A stretch of DNA of 64,000 bases from Eledone cirrhosa (GCA_964016885.1 OZ024763.1:6448001-6512000); one strand, 5' to 3'; counted from the first letter of the stretch, positions 1-12,479 are shown. Numbers and translations are program-made. The notes: generated from the sequence alone by a model not told the origin.

Positions 1-308
1 TGACGGGTTTTCTACGGCTGGATGCCCTTCCTAACACCAACCACGTTTACAGTGTGGACTGGGAGGTTTTTACAGTGTTACCTACATGGTCACATTACAG
101 CGTGGACTGTGTGTTTTTTTGTCGTGACACCTACATTTATTTAGGACTGGATGTTGGGGTACCAACATAACTTTACAGTGAAAGGGGTAGTGGGATGGGG
201 GTGTATTTTTGGTTAAGAGGTGCCTAATGAGTAGGTTTCGCTTTGTTCTTAGGCAAGGCGGATCTTCTGTATTACTGCGTAGCGCCAAAGATCTCGGTCC
301 AGTGACAT
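1..308 (-). mobile_element. Non-autonomous retroposon with GGATGCCCTTCC domain (tail lies outside window); 5' portion
   Basis: Reverse complement of the element at 49096-51968. Shares the same 5' boundary (gtcactggaccgagatctttggcgctacgcag), the 48-bp unit and ggctggatgcccttcctaacaccaacc. Confidence 0.8.
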
Positions 309-329
309 TTTTATATATATACACACACA

Positions 330-465
330 CACAAATACCGGTAGCTAATATCAAATTGCGCATGGAAGAAGTCATACTTTGACCAATGCTGGAGCAAGGT
401 GTGGCATGACCAACTCTCGGCGTGGACAAGCATGGATAAATGGACGCTAAGCGGTGATGATGATG
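330..465 (+). mobile_element. RTE-type LINE 3' end remnant
   Basis: Ends agcatggataaatggacgctaagcgg(tga)n, like the tail at 58460-58517. Confidence 0.55.
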
Positions 466-678
466 TATATATATATATATACATATTGTTATATTTGGGG
501 AGGGTCATATTGTTATAATATAGCCAGAAATAATAATAAAACACACTCACTGTTTGGTTTGGGTTGGTTTTTGCTTCTGTATCTTTTATATCTCCATAGT
601 TAATTTATCTGGCAATCAATGTTTATCCTTCATTAACCAACGGTTAAAAATACAGATATAAATATACATATATAGTCT

Positions 679-720
679 ATCAAAGTTCTTTCGTCACACA
701 TCTGTGACATCATCAGTGGC
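679..720 (-). ncRNA. Degenerate type I hammerhead ribozyme in Penelope-like element
   Basis: Minus strand gcca-CTGATGA-t-GTCACA gatg TGTGAC-GAA-AGAACT-T-tgat. Stem II is 6 bp and stem I imperfect. Homolog at 57470-57512. Confidence 0.55.
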
Positions 721-1529
721 ATTATTGTTTCCTCCCATTGTATTGTAATATATAAACCATTCAAATTAAGTAGTGTAAAGAGATAGCATATTTGTCATAG
801 ATTATTAATGATAAACATAGGAAAATTTACAGAGAGGACAAGACTACAAAAACAAGGTAGAACGAAAAACAATTTTTTAGGGGGAACCTTCAAAAAATTG
901 CTTTTTTAAAAATAAAAATACAAACGAAAAACAAAACTCCATGGTTATCGCCCGTGTGAGATAGACTTTGGCAGATTTGACCCCTACCAACAATACTGCT
1001 GGTCTATCTGAGGTCACAACGTCTGACAAAAGCCATACTTAAGAGATGAGAGACAAAACATTAATTTATAGCAAGTAAGCTATAACTAGTACACGTAGAA
1101 TTTTATGTGATGTCAGGGAAAAGTGTGGTGCTTCTTATAGCATGGGAGTCTCGGGGATGAAACAAAGGAAAAGAAGAAGAAAGAAAGTAAGAAATCGTGT
1201 TAAAAAGGCTGTTGATATATATATATATATATAAGCCATTTAAATTAAGGTGGGAGAAGAGATAATACGAGTCTTGTTACACTGGAGTTTCGCCTGTTTA
1301 TCTAAATTCCAGTGTAACAAGGCATACTATTTAGCTTTAATGAATATTAAAGCTCTACTTTGATATTGAGTTCTCCTTTCTCTCATCTGTCAACCACATA
1401 TGGATGTATATATGTGGGTGAGTATTCTATCTCTGCCATTAGAGGACCAAATCTCCCTCTACGGATGTAAAAAAATCTAAAACATGATCAGCTATATATG
1501 TGTGTGCAAGTATGTATGTATAAAGTGGT

Positions 1530-1800
1530 CCTGATGGAGACACGGCAAAAAGCACACTGTAAAATGGTCATGTAGGTGTCATGTGAAAAAGCACCCAGCC
1601 CACTGTAAAGTGGTCGTGTAGGTGTCACAAAAAAAAGCACCCAGTACTCACTGTAAATGAGATTTATGTTAGGAACTGCATCCAGTTGTAGAAACCCAAG
1701 CCAGAATCAGTTCTGTATGAGCAAGACATGGTTCACAACAGGACAACTGGTCTAATCCATGCTAGCTTGGCAAAATGGATGTTATACGGTGATGATGATA
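1530..1800 (+). mobile_element. SINE 3' half with RTE-like (GAT)n tail
   Basis: aaaaagcacccag...gcatccagttgtagaaac...catgctagcttggcaaaatggatgtta...gatgat; matches 29600-29780. Confidence 0.7.
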
Positions 1801-1926
1801 TGTATGTTAGTTAAGTGTGTAACTACAATTATAGGTGGCGTGCTGTTCAAAGCACTCAATGTTGTTACGAAGTCCGTTTCGTTTGGGTTGTATTCCAATG
1901 TTGCGGCTGTAGCGTGCAGAGTGTAA

Positions 1927-2188
1927 ATAGATTTAAAAGAATCAGTGTTGCAGTATATATACAAACTTTATTTTCACATTACAATTGTTTCGATGTCAAT
2001 CAGCTCAGGGGACAATGAAGGTGACAGGCCCCAACATTATTTAGACATCTCATCAGATATGTGAGCAGATGTCGAAAAAGAGTCAGGCTCCGTCCCGTTG
2101 ATTGAACTCTGAGCTGATCAATATTGAAACAATTGTAATGTGAAAATAAAGTTTGTACATAAGCTGACTTTGATTCTATTAAATGTAT
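1927..2188. repeat. Fold-back inverted repeat (arms about 1927-2008 / 2109-2188), Penelope-like
   Basis: acaaactttattttcacattacaattgtttc vs gaaacaattgtaatgtgaaaataaagtttgt. Confidence 0.85.
1975..2063 (-). ncRNA. Type I hammerhead ribozyme with long stem II loop
   Basis: Minus strand catat-CTGATGA-GATGTC-(46 nt)-GACATC-GAA-ACAATTGT-A-atgtg. Intact core, G10.1-C11.1 pair, palindromic stem III, GUA cleavage triplet, 5-bp stem I. Confidence 0.75.
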
Positions 2189-2303
2189 CTATCTATATCT
2201 CTCTCTCTATATATATGTAACTTACGGCAAAAGCTTCTGTTTTCTAATATATATGATGATATATATTGGAAAATGTGTGAGATCCTTGGTACAGTGAGGT
2301 ATA

Positions 2304-2537
2304 TTTGAAAAAAAGGAAAAGAATGACTTCACTTGTAGTGTTAAAAAATGTTGATTTAATTTTATAATATGAGTTGGTAGTTTATAATATGTGGGGTCTA
2401 ACTTGACATATGAAATTAATACGTCGTTAGTTGGATAGATTGTTGTCATATTTACAAAAATGATACGCAATGGTTATAAAATTAAATCAAAATTTTTTAA
2501 CACTACAAGTGAAGTCATTCTTTTCCTTTTTTTCAAA
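2304..2537. repeat. Inverted repeat, about 63-bp arms (2304-2367 / 2474-2537)
   Basis: aaggaaaagaatgacttcacttgtagtgttaaaaaat vs attttttaacactacaagtgaagtcattcttttcctt. Confidence 0.85.
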
Positions 2538-2796
2538 AGTCAGCTCAAAAGTGACACAGAAGAGACTGAGGTTAGCTGGACATGCTCAACGACATCCAGA
2601 GTTGACACTGCACTCAGTGTTCCTGTGGGAGCCCTTACATGGACACACTGGAAGAGGAAGACCAAGGTTAACGTATGTTGATGCCCTAAGGACAGACACT
2701 GGTCTGTTGGAGACGCAGGACATGGCAGCGATAATGAGGGACAGAGATCGCTGGAGAGAACTCGTCCATGGATCTCGGGAATTTTACCCGCCCTAG
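2535..2796 (+). mobile_element. RTE-clade LINE, reverse transcriptase ORF C-terminal fragment (family A)
   Basis: RLRLAGHAQRHPE...LWEPLHGH..RGRPRLTYVDAL..DTGL...MRDRDRWR, typical RTE C-terminus; near-identical copy at 11848-12150. Confidence 0.85.
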
Positions 2797-3229
2797 ATAT
2801 ATATATATATTGTTGATTATTACTATATTCATTATATGTATTGGTGCTATCTCCCTTGTTTTCTGTTTTATATTTTCTAACTGCCATAGTGGGAGTTTTT
2901 GACTTCTAATGGCAGGGATAAAGAACCCACTCACATATGTATATATACATAAACACAGATATCAATGGAATAACTACACACTGATACATGCATGGAGGTT
3001 ATATACACATACACACAACATACATACATAGGCAATGGTACACAATACACATGCATACATGTTACACACATATACACACTAACATGGAATGCACTACACA
3101 AACACACATTCATGCATACACATACATCCATACACACATCCATACACTCATACATATACACATACATACACACTCATACATATACATCCATGCACACACT
3201 CATACATACAACACACACATCCATACATA

Positions 3230-3400
3230 TCATCATCATCATCATCATCATCATCGTTTAATGTCCATATTCCACGCTTGCATGGGTTTGGACGGGAGTT
3301 TTCCCACTTGAGGCAAGAGTGGTTGTCTTGCTCGTATAGGGCTGTCTGGCGGGTTTTCTACAGCTGGATGCCCTTCCTAACACCAACCAGGTTTTGGTGA
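3230..3400 (-). mobile_element. SINE-like retroposon 3' part with (CAT)n tail
   Basis: catcatcgtttaatgtccatattccacgcttgcatggg...ggatgcccttcctaacaccaacc. Confidence 0.8.
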
Positions 3401-3544
3401 TAGGAAGGGCATCTAGCCACAGAAAGCCTGCTTCTTTGTGTCAAAGACATAACAACCTCCTTAATGTGATGTGCATGGATAATGATCGTCAGGTGAAGAA
3501 GTGTCAGGAAATGCCAGTGGAAGAGAGTCGTGGTATATGCATGG

Positions 3545-4245
3545 ATACAACACATTCATACATATACACACAGATACTACAACACAACAGACATATACAT
3601 ACACAGATACAACACATACACACACAGATACAACACAACACACATACACAACACACACACACACATCCATACATAGACACAACATGCATACACAGATACA
3701 TCACATACAAACATACATATAACATACACACATAGATACAATATACATACACACACATACAACACACTCATACATACACACACACACATACACACACACA
3801 ACATGCATACACAGATACATCACATACAAACATACATATATCATACACACATAGATACAATATACATACACACACATACAACACACTCACACTCATACAT
3901 ACACACACATACAACACACTCACACTCATACATACACACAGATACAACACACTCACACTCATACATACACACAGATACAACACACTCACACTCATACATA
4001 CACACAGATACAACACACACACACACACTCATACATACACACACAGATACAACACAACACACAGGCACAATATATATACACACACATACAACACACTCCC
4101 ACATAGATACAACACACACACATAAACACAATATACATTCACACACACATACAATACACTCACACATAGATACAACACAACACGTACACACACAATATAC
4201 ATACACACACAGATATAACCAATACACGTAGATACAACCAACATA
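3545..4245. repeat. Degenerate CA-rich minisatellite
   Basis: Repeated cacagatacaacacactcacactcatacata. Confidence 0.85.
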
Positions 4246-4625
4246 TATATATATAAAACAAGTCTTATGAAAATAGATTTTTTTTCTATTGAGTATTGAT
4301 CTGTGAAAAATTGGCTTTATTGATCTGGAGCAGATAAATGGAATTTTTGAAATAATTATTTTTTATCTCTTATTTTAGTTTTTTTTTTTTTGTAAAATCA
4401 AAGAATTTTTGAAATTTTTTTTTATTTTTGTTTTTCTGTTAATTTAGTGAAAGGTGAACATTAAGTTCATTATTGAGTCTTAATCAGTTTGTGTGTGTAT
4501 GTGTGTTTCTATTTGTGTGTATGTATGTGTATTTGTGAGTGTGTGGACACTTCTGCCTGTAAGTATATATATGTAAATATACATGCATGAGTGTGTGTGT
4601 GTGTATGTACATTATATATATATAT

Positions 4626-4700
<75 letters not shown>

Positions 4701-4807
4701 TATCAAGATGGATACAGTAAGAAACTGGTTAGACCATTACTCACCAGAGTACTCAATACATGGGGTACTGCCAGGGTCCTGACTCTTTCATATATATATA
4801 TGCTAGC

Positions 4808-4887
4808 GTGGAAAGTGGACGTTAAACAATGATGATGATGATGATGATGATCATCATCATCATCATCGTTTAATGTCCACTTTCCAC
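4808..4887. repeat. Palindrome of two SINE/RTE tails meeting at (GAT)n/(CAT)n
   Basis: gtggaaagtggacgttaaac(gat)n(cat)n gtttaatgtccactttccac. Confidence 0.85.
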
Positions 4888-5007
4888 AAGTATATATATA
4901 TATATATATATATAAATATATATATTAGGGTAAACATTGATGCAATTCAATTCAAGCACTCAACGTACTTTTTCCACATAGGAGTGACGGAGTAAATATC
5001 GAATAAG

Positions 5008-5270
5008 TAAAAGCGAAGTAGTTTCAGATGTTCAAGTCCTCTAATAATAATGCTGTGATATATATTTCAATGACGACACTGGCCACACTGTTCTGTGTGC
5101 GAGTGTCGTGACATCATCAGACAGCTTGTTACATAATAAGGTTGTTTCCGAGGCAATCCAAATTGAATCGACACTCGCACACAGAACAGTGTGGCCAGTG
5201 TTTGTCATTGAAATATATATCACAGCATTATTATTAAAGGACTTGAACATCTGAAACTACTTCGCTTTTA
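5008..5270. repeat. Fold-back inverted repeat, about 100-bp arms, Penelope-like element in (TA)n
   Basis: taaaagcgaagtagtttcagatgttcaagtcct...gtgcgagtgtcg vs cgacactcgcac...aggacttgaacatctgaaactacttcgctttta. Confidence 0.9.
5052..5125 (-). ncRNA. Type I hammerhead ribozyme with extended stem II
   Basis: Minus strand GCTGT-CTGATGA-(45 nt incl. ACGACACT/AGTGTCGT and CACAC/GTGTG helices)-GAA-ATATATAT-C-ACAGC; AUC triplet. Confidence 0.72.
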
Positions 5271-5425
5271 CATATAAATATATATATATATATTAAATCA
5301 TAAATGTGAGGAAAGAATAGACAAAATATACCTATTTTTCTCCAAAGTCCTGACTGCAGTTTCACCGTACACATGTATATTTATACTTATGTATCTGTGT
5401 GTATCTTATTATTATTATTATATAG

Positions 5426-5616
5426 GGCGTTGAATTGGCAGTATTGGTAGAGGGTGGGTCGGACGCCATGCTTTCCATCATAGTTACGTCCCTTTACGGT
5501 CTGAGTTCAAATCCCGTCGAGGTTAACTTTGCCTTTCATCCTTACGGGGTCGATAAAATAAAGTACCAGTTACGTACTGGGTAATTGCTGGCCTTGTACC
5601 AAAAGTAGAAACAATT
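5426..5616 (+). mobile_element. tRNA-derived SINE (octopus OR-like family)
   Basis: Head ggcg..gaattggcagtattggtagag (A box), gagttcaaatccc (B box), gcctttcatcc...ggggtcgataaaataaagtaccag; more than 10 copies in window. Confidence 0.85.
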
Positions 5617-5631
5617 ATATATATATATATA

Positions 5632-5776
5632 TAATGAAGGAAATGTGGTAAGGAACCAGGTGGACCATAACGCACCAAAGTACTCAATACTTAGGGTAGT
5701 AGAGTGGGTAATAGGAACAAGTAAGACCCAGACGGCTGAGCTCAAGCCGTTTCAACGGCTAATTCTGTACTCAGAA
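5632..5776 (-). mobile_element. Penelope-like short element with 3' half of hammerhead (family also at 27947, 43799, 57084)
   Basis: Near identity to 28020-28140 and 57084-57220; minus strand GAAACGGC-ttgagctca-GCCGTC; flanked by (TA)n. Confidence 0.7.
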
Positions 5777-6044
5777 TATATATATATATATATATCATCA
5801 ACATCGTTTTTGTGTCAACTTTTTCATAGTGCGAAAGGTTGGACTGGATGTTTTCAAACTTGATGCCAACCCTTTTAGTCATCTCTAACGACATGCAGGA
5901 ATATAATGTACCTATTATAAAAACCAGAATACACATGCCATTTTATATATATATATATGTGTGTGTAAACAGAAATAACAACACAATCGGTACAGTATAT
6001 GGAAGGTATATATTAGGTTAATGCTTGATATAGCAGGAAGAGGG

Positions 6045-6080
6045 TCTTAATATTTCGGATGCTAGTCCTTCATCAGAAGA
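6045..6080 (-). ncRNA. Minimal type I hammerhead ribozyme
   Basis: Minus strand TCTT-CTGATGA-A-GGA ctagca TCC-GAA-ATAT-T-AAGA; palindromic 4-nt stem III as in Penelope-associated minimal hammerheads. Confidence 0.72.
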
Positions 6081-6389
6081 AAGAATGAGAAATAAGATAG
6101 ATTGAGGGGACGGGCGGGAAAAAATGTCTTTAGATCATACACACACTTTATAAATAAATGAAACAAAACAAAACAAGCAAAATTACAGTTATATTAAGTT
6201 CACGCTTGGTAAAAGCAGTTATTATTATTATTAGCATTTTGTACCAGTAATGTACTGGTGTTGATTTAATCGACTTTCCCCTCCCCCAAAAATTGTTGGC
6301 CTTGTGCCTAAATCCAAAATTATTATTAGCACAAAATGTACCTATTTACATGGATCTTCTGCAGTATGGCATGTTGGTATAGATATGTG

Positions 6390-6915
6390 GTGCACATGGT
6401 TGATGATTGCTAGGTGAAGAAGTGCCAAGAAATCCCAGTGGAAGGAAGCTGCAGTAGAGAGTGACCTGGGCAGGGAGAGGTGGTGAGAGCTCATCTCAAA
6501 TTTCTGAAGCTCATAGAGGAAACGACAAAAGAATATGATGAGTGGAAAGATGCTGTGCTGAAAAAGACCTGTCCAACCCTTGCAACCAAAGAACACTGGA
6601 CAGAAAATGATGATGATATATATATATATACTGATGCTGGGTGGTGCAAGAGAGAAGATTGCACTGTTATGCTTATGCGCATGGATGTTGATAGTTGGGT
6701 GAAATGCCAAGAAATCCCAGTGGAATGAAGCTGCAGTAAAGGATGACCATGGAAGACTTGGGCTGAGGGAAGTGATGAGAGCTGATGTCAAATCACTGAA
6801 ACTCACTGAGGAGATGACAAAGGAAGCCAGGGGGGACCATTACTGTTCAGGAAGAGACATGCCCAACCCATGCAAGCATGGGACAGCAGATGTAAAATGA
6901 TGATGATGAGGATGA
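6390..6915 (+). mobile_element. Two decayed RTE LINE 3' fragments (family B)
   Basis: gtgaagaagtgccaagaaatcccagtggaa...gagagctga; (GAT)n tails at about 6607 and 6900; homologous to 58250-58517. Confidence 0.75.
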
Positions 6916-6916
6916 T

Positions 6917-6949
<33 letters not shown>

Positions 6950-7268
6950 CATGTAACCCTGGCATTCACAGTCCTGGTTATTCGTGGAATTTTCCTTAGA
7001 ACCACCGCATATTCCAGGAATTGTAAATATCTTACGCAATTTTTTTTAATGGCTTCTTTCTTGGCACTATATAATTTTTCAACAGTAAATTATTAATAAC
7101 AATATACCATATTGGACAACCGTTCACATAAGACGTTCCCTCTTTTTTATTATATTTTACATTATATTTTGACGTTTATAGGTATTTTTATGGACTACGT
7201 CCAATATTTGCAGTTTTTCACTCCGCAGGTGCTCTCGGAATCTAACGCCTTCGAATACCTGCGGACAA

Positions 7269-8115
<847 letters not shown>

Positions 8116-8283
8116 ATAGACTAGCTCCAAAAGACAATGGCGTTGTTGCAGAAGAAGAAGGAGTTAAAAGGGAAGGGGGGTGGGAGAGATAAAAATCAAT
8201 ATTGTTTTGAACTACAGAACCAAAAACTGGAGACACTGAATTGATATATGGGAGGGGGGGGGTTAATATCTTTGTGGAGATAA

Positions 8284-8509
8284 CATCATCATCATCATCA
8301 TCATTAGTATAGTCATCATTATCATCATCATCATCATCATCATTAGTATAGTCATCATTATCATCATCATCATCATCATTAGTATAGTCATCATTATCAT
8401 CATCATCATCATCATCATTAGTATAGTCATCATTATCATCATCATCATCATCATCAGTATAGTCATCATTATCATCATCATCATCATCATCATTAGTATA
8501 GTCATCATT

Positions 8510-8544
<35 letters not shown>

Positions 8545-9079
8545 TAGTATAGTCATCATTATCATCATCATCATCATCATCATTAGTATAGTCATCATTA
8601 TCATCATCATCATCATCATTAGTATAGTCATCATTATCATCATCATCATCATCATTAGTATAGTCATCATTATCATCATCATCATCATCATCATTAGTAT
8701 AGTCATCATTATCATCATCATCATCATCATCAGTATAGTCATCATTATCATCATCATCATCATCATCATTAGTATAGTCATCATTATCATCATCATCATC
8801 ATCATCAGTATAGTCATCATTATCATCATCATCATCATCATCATTAGTATAGTCATCATTATCATCATCATCATCATTAGTATAGTCATCATTATCATCA
8901 TCATCATCATCATCATTAGTATAGTCATCATTATCATCATCATCATCATCATCATTAGTATAGTCATCATTATCATCATCATCATCATTAGTATAGTCAT
9001 TATTATCATCATCATCATCATCATTAGTATAGTCATCATTATCATCATCATCATCATCATCATTAGTATAGTCATCATT

Positions 9080-9117
<38 letters not shown>

Positions 9118-9118
9118 T
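8284..9118. repeat. (CAT)n-based minisatellite, about 36-39 bp unit
   Basis: tagtatagtcatcattat(cat)n repeated about 20 times. Confidence 0.95.
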
Positions 9119-9358
9119 AACCTCGTCATCAGCAGGACGTCATCACAATCATCAACATCACCATTGCCATCACCTCCACCTCCACCGCCACCATTGTCCT
9201 TATCATCATCATCATCTTCAGCATCAGTATCACCGCCATCACTACAACCACCACACATACTCACACATGTGTATATGATATGTGTTAGAAACAATCTTAT
9301 TAGTGAGATGTGTAAGCATCATTGTGTGTGTGTGTGTGTGTATAAAACAACAGGCTTG

Positions 9359-9392
<34 letters not shown>

Positions 9393-9466
9393 GTTATTCC
9401 GGGTTGAATCGGAGGTAACCACAGTAAGTAAGGTACTCAATACATAGCAGAGTATAAAAGTTTTAA

Positions 9467-9569
9467 TATAGAAGAGATTCTACAGGACTAGAACTGTTTC
9501 ATTCTTTAGAAATCATCAGATTCCTGATGATTTCTAAAGAATGAAACAGTTCTAGTCCTGTAGAATCTC

Positions 9570-9577
<8 letters not shown>
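9467..9577. repeat. Near-perfect palindrome, Penelope-like inverted terminus
   Basis: tagaagagattctacaggactagaactgtttcattctttagaaatcatcag-attc-ctgatgatttctaaagaatgaaacagttctagtcctgtagaatctcttcta. Confidence 0.9.
9518..9568 (+). ncRNA. Type I hammerhead ribozyme (complete fold)
   Basis: AGATTC-CTGATGA-t-TTC taaa GAA-t-GAA-ACAG ttctagtc CTGT-A-GAATCT. 6-bp stem I, 4-bp stem III, GUA triplet with predicted cut after 9562. Confidence 0.82.
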
Positions 9578-9644
<67 letters not shown>

Positions 9645-9703
9645 CAGCAAGCCAGTTGTTTTGAAGATGGGGAGCAAAGTTTTAAATTGTGTTAGAAATA
9701 GAA

Positions 9704-9858
9704 GCTTTTGCTACACTTTGACTAAAGAAAATAAGCCTGATTGTGGCGTTTAAAACCCCCTAAATGGAAAGTTAATACTCATCTTTTTCCATTTAGAGGG
9801 TTTTTAAACTCCACTATCAGGCTTATTTTCTTTAGTCAAAATGCAGTGAAAGATTCTT
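9704..9858. repeat. Imperfect hairpin / fold-back element
   Basis: ttgactaaagaaaataagcctgat...taaatggaaa vs tttccattta...atcaggcttattttctttagtcaa. Confidence 0.85.
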
Positions 9859-10067
9859 TTTCCCACTCTCTCTTTCTTTCTCTCTCTCTCTCTGTCTCTC
9901 TCTCTATATATATATATATATGTATATATATTCAGAGTGTAAAGGTTACATATATATATATATATGCAAAAGTTTTATTTAAGATTGTTGGGTTACAACG
10001 AGTAAATATTTTATAACTGATATAAAAGCACTCAACAGTTTCTGATATAAAACAGCTTATGTATTGT

Positions 10068-10131
10068 ATTTTGTCTGAGGAAGGCATACCATATTTTTAA
10101 TATGATATCCCAGAAATATATATAACGAAAT
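10068..10131 (+). ncRNA. Type I hammerhead ribozyme
   Basis: ATTTTGT-CTGAGGA-agg..CATATT ttt AATATG..cca-GAA-ATATATAT-A-ACGAAAT; 7-bp stem I; homolog at 41678-41740. Confidence 0.72.
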
Positions 10132-10293
10132 AAATATGGTTTTATAAATATAGTTTCCATTTGTTTAATATCGTATATATATATATCTATATATATATAT
10201 ATATATATATGTAGTATACCAAGTGAACAGCAGTACTTATTTTTTTTTTTTTTTTCAAGCCTGGTATTTATTTCATTGATTGATCTCTTGTCA

Positions 10294-10336
<43 letters not shown>

Positions 10337-10339
10337 CAA

Positions 10340-10518
10340 ATAATTGTTTCTACTTTTGGCACAAGGCCAGCAATTACTCCAGTGTATTACTGGTACTCTA
10401 GTTTATCGACCCCGTAAGGATGAAAGGCAAAGTTAACCTCGGCGGGATTTGAAGTCAGAATGGCAAGGGCCGTAACTCTATGCGTCTGACCCTCTACCGA
10501 TACTGCTAATCCACCGTT
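10340..10518 (-). mobile_element. tRNA-derived SINE (OR-like)
   Basis: Reverse complement of the 5426-5616 family. Confidence 0.85.
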
Positions 10519-10761
10519 TATACATATATCAAATAATGGTAGTTAAATCACGTGTAGTGGTTTCGATCACTAGGACTTGCTTATATATATATATATATCA
10601 GATAAGGTATGGTAAGATACCAGGTGGACCATAATCCACCAGAGTACTCAATACTTGGGGTAGTAGAGTGGGTAATAGGAAAATATTACTCTTTGACTTG
10701 TATATGCCAAAATTATATTTTCTCTCATTTGTTTTTTTTCCTCTTGAATTGAAGTTAAGCA

Positions 10762-11358
10762 TAATTGTTTCTACTTTTGGCACAAGACCAGCAACTACCC
10801 CAGTGTATTACTGGTACTTTATTTTATCAACCCCGTTAGGATGAAAGGCAAAGTTAACCTTGGTGGGATTTGAACTCAAACCATAAAGGGCCGTAACTCT
10901 TTGCTGCAAAGCATGGCGTCCGACCCTCTACCGATACTGCCAATCTACCGCCCTAACATGGCGTCCGACCCTCTACCGATACTGCCAATCCACCGCCCTA
11001 ACATGGCGTCCGTCCCTCTACCGATACTGCCAATCCACTGCCCTAACATGGCGTCCGACCCTCTACCGATACTGCCAATCCACTGCCCTAACATGGCGTC
11101 CGACCCTCTACCGATACTGCCAATCCACTGCCCTAACATGGCGTCCGACCCTCTACCGATACTGCCAATCCACTGCCCTAACATGGCGTCCGACCCTCTA
11201 CCGATACTGCCAATCCACTGCCCTAACATGGCGTCCGACCCTCTACCGATACTGCCAATCCACCACCCTAACATGGCGTCAGACCCTCTACCGATACTGC
11301 CAATCCACCACCCTAACATGGCGTCAGACCCTCTACCGATACTGCCAATCCACTGCCC
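10762..11358 (-). mobile_element. tRNA-derived SINE (OR-like) with tandemly amplified head
   Basis: SINE body 10762-10912 followed by 45-bp array. Confidence 0.85.
10912..11358. repeat. 45-bp minisatellite, about 10 copies, from SINE 5' end
   Basis: catggcgtccgaccctctaccgatactgccaatccactgccctaa. Confidence 0.95.
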
Positions 11359-11847
11359 TCTCTTAAGCATAATACCATTTCTACAGATTAGAAATAGTTG
11401 TTTAGGATTAAATCTCTCTTAATCATTTGTGTGTGCACCTGACTAGCCTGGCACTTTCAGGTCAGTTTGACTACTAACCCCCCCCCCCCCCCCGTATTCG
11501 GCCCGTCTAGCCCCCCCCCCAATATGCTGCCAAGAAGGTAATAAATTACATACATGACATTTAGCAGGACTAAACAACCCATTTGATCTAAGGTAAACCC
11601 CCCCCCCCCCTGATCACTGACCACTCATGGAGAAAAACAACAACATTTTAAAGATGTTTTACTTAGATTTTTTTGCTTTTTTGCTTGAACTGCATGCCCA
11701 TATATGGACTGTACCCCTTAATAAGTTCAACTAGATTCCCACTGTTCTAATACTGGTGGCTTAGTTCAGATCTAGTTGTTGAAATGGCCGGAGCTCAGCC
11801 GTTGTGGTCCTGAATCTTTTCATATATATATATATATATATATCTAT

Positions 11848-12150
11848 CTAAGGCGGGTAAAATTCCCGAGATCCATGGACGAGTTCTCTCCAGCGGTCTC
11901 TGTCCCTCATTATCGCTGCCATATCCTGCATCTCCAACAGACCAGTGTCTGTCCTTAGGGCATCAACATATGTTAACCTTGGTCTTCCTCTTCTAGTGTG
12001 TCCATGTAGGGGCTCCCAAAGGAGCACTGAGTGCAATGTCAACTCTGGATGTCGGTGAGCATGTCCAGCCAACCTCAGTCTCCTCTGTGTCACTTTTGAG
12101 CTGACTTTTGGGATGCTCCCATACAGCTCTGAGTTTTTCATCCTCAGTGT
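11848..12150 (-). mobile_element. RTE-clade LINE ORF C-terminal fragment (family A)
   Basis: MKNSELYGSIPKVSSKVTQRRLRLAGHAHRHPE...RGRPRLTYVD...DRDRWRELV; ends in (TA)n. Confidence 0.87.
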
Positions 12151-12176
12151 ATACTGATTATGTATATATGTATATG

Positions 12177-12226
<50 letters not shown>

Positions 12227-12479
12227 CATATACATATATACATACATATATATCATCATGTTATCATTGTTTTTACGTCTGTTTTTCCACACTTGCTTGG
12301 TGGTAGGGGGTGCTTCTACATAGTTACCATCTACCAAATTTCAGTGACAAGGCATTGTTGGTCAAACTGAAGCTATAGTAGAAGATATTTGTCCACATAC
12401 ATATAAATATATCAAGGGAACAAAGAATGAAGAAACAAGAGTATGTATTAACATAAAGTTGTATTAGTTTCACTGTATC

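Noticed and set aside
8263-9294. Poly-Met 343 aa ORF
   Set aside because: (CAT)n minisatellite artefact.
10901-11422. 173 aa repeat protein
   Set aside because: SINE-head 45-bp array.
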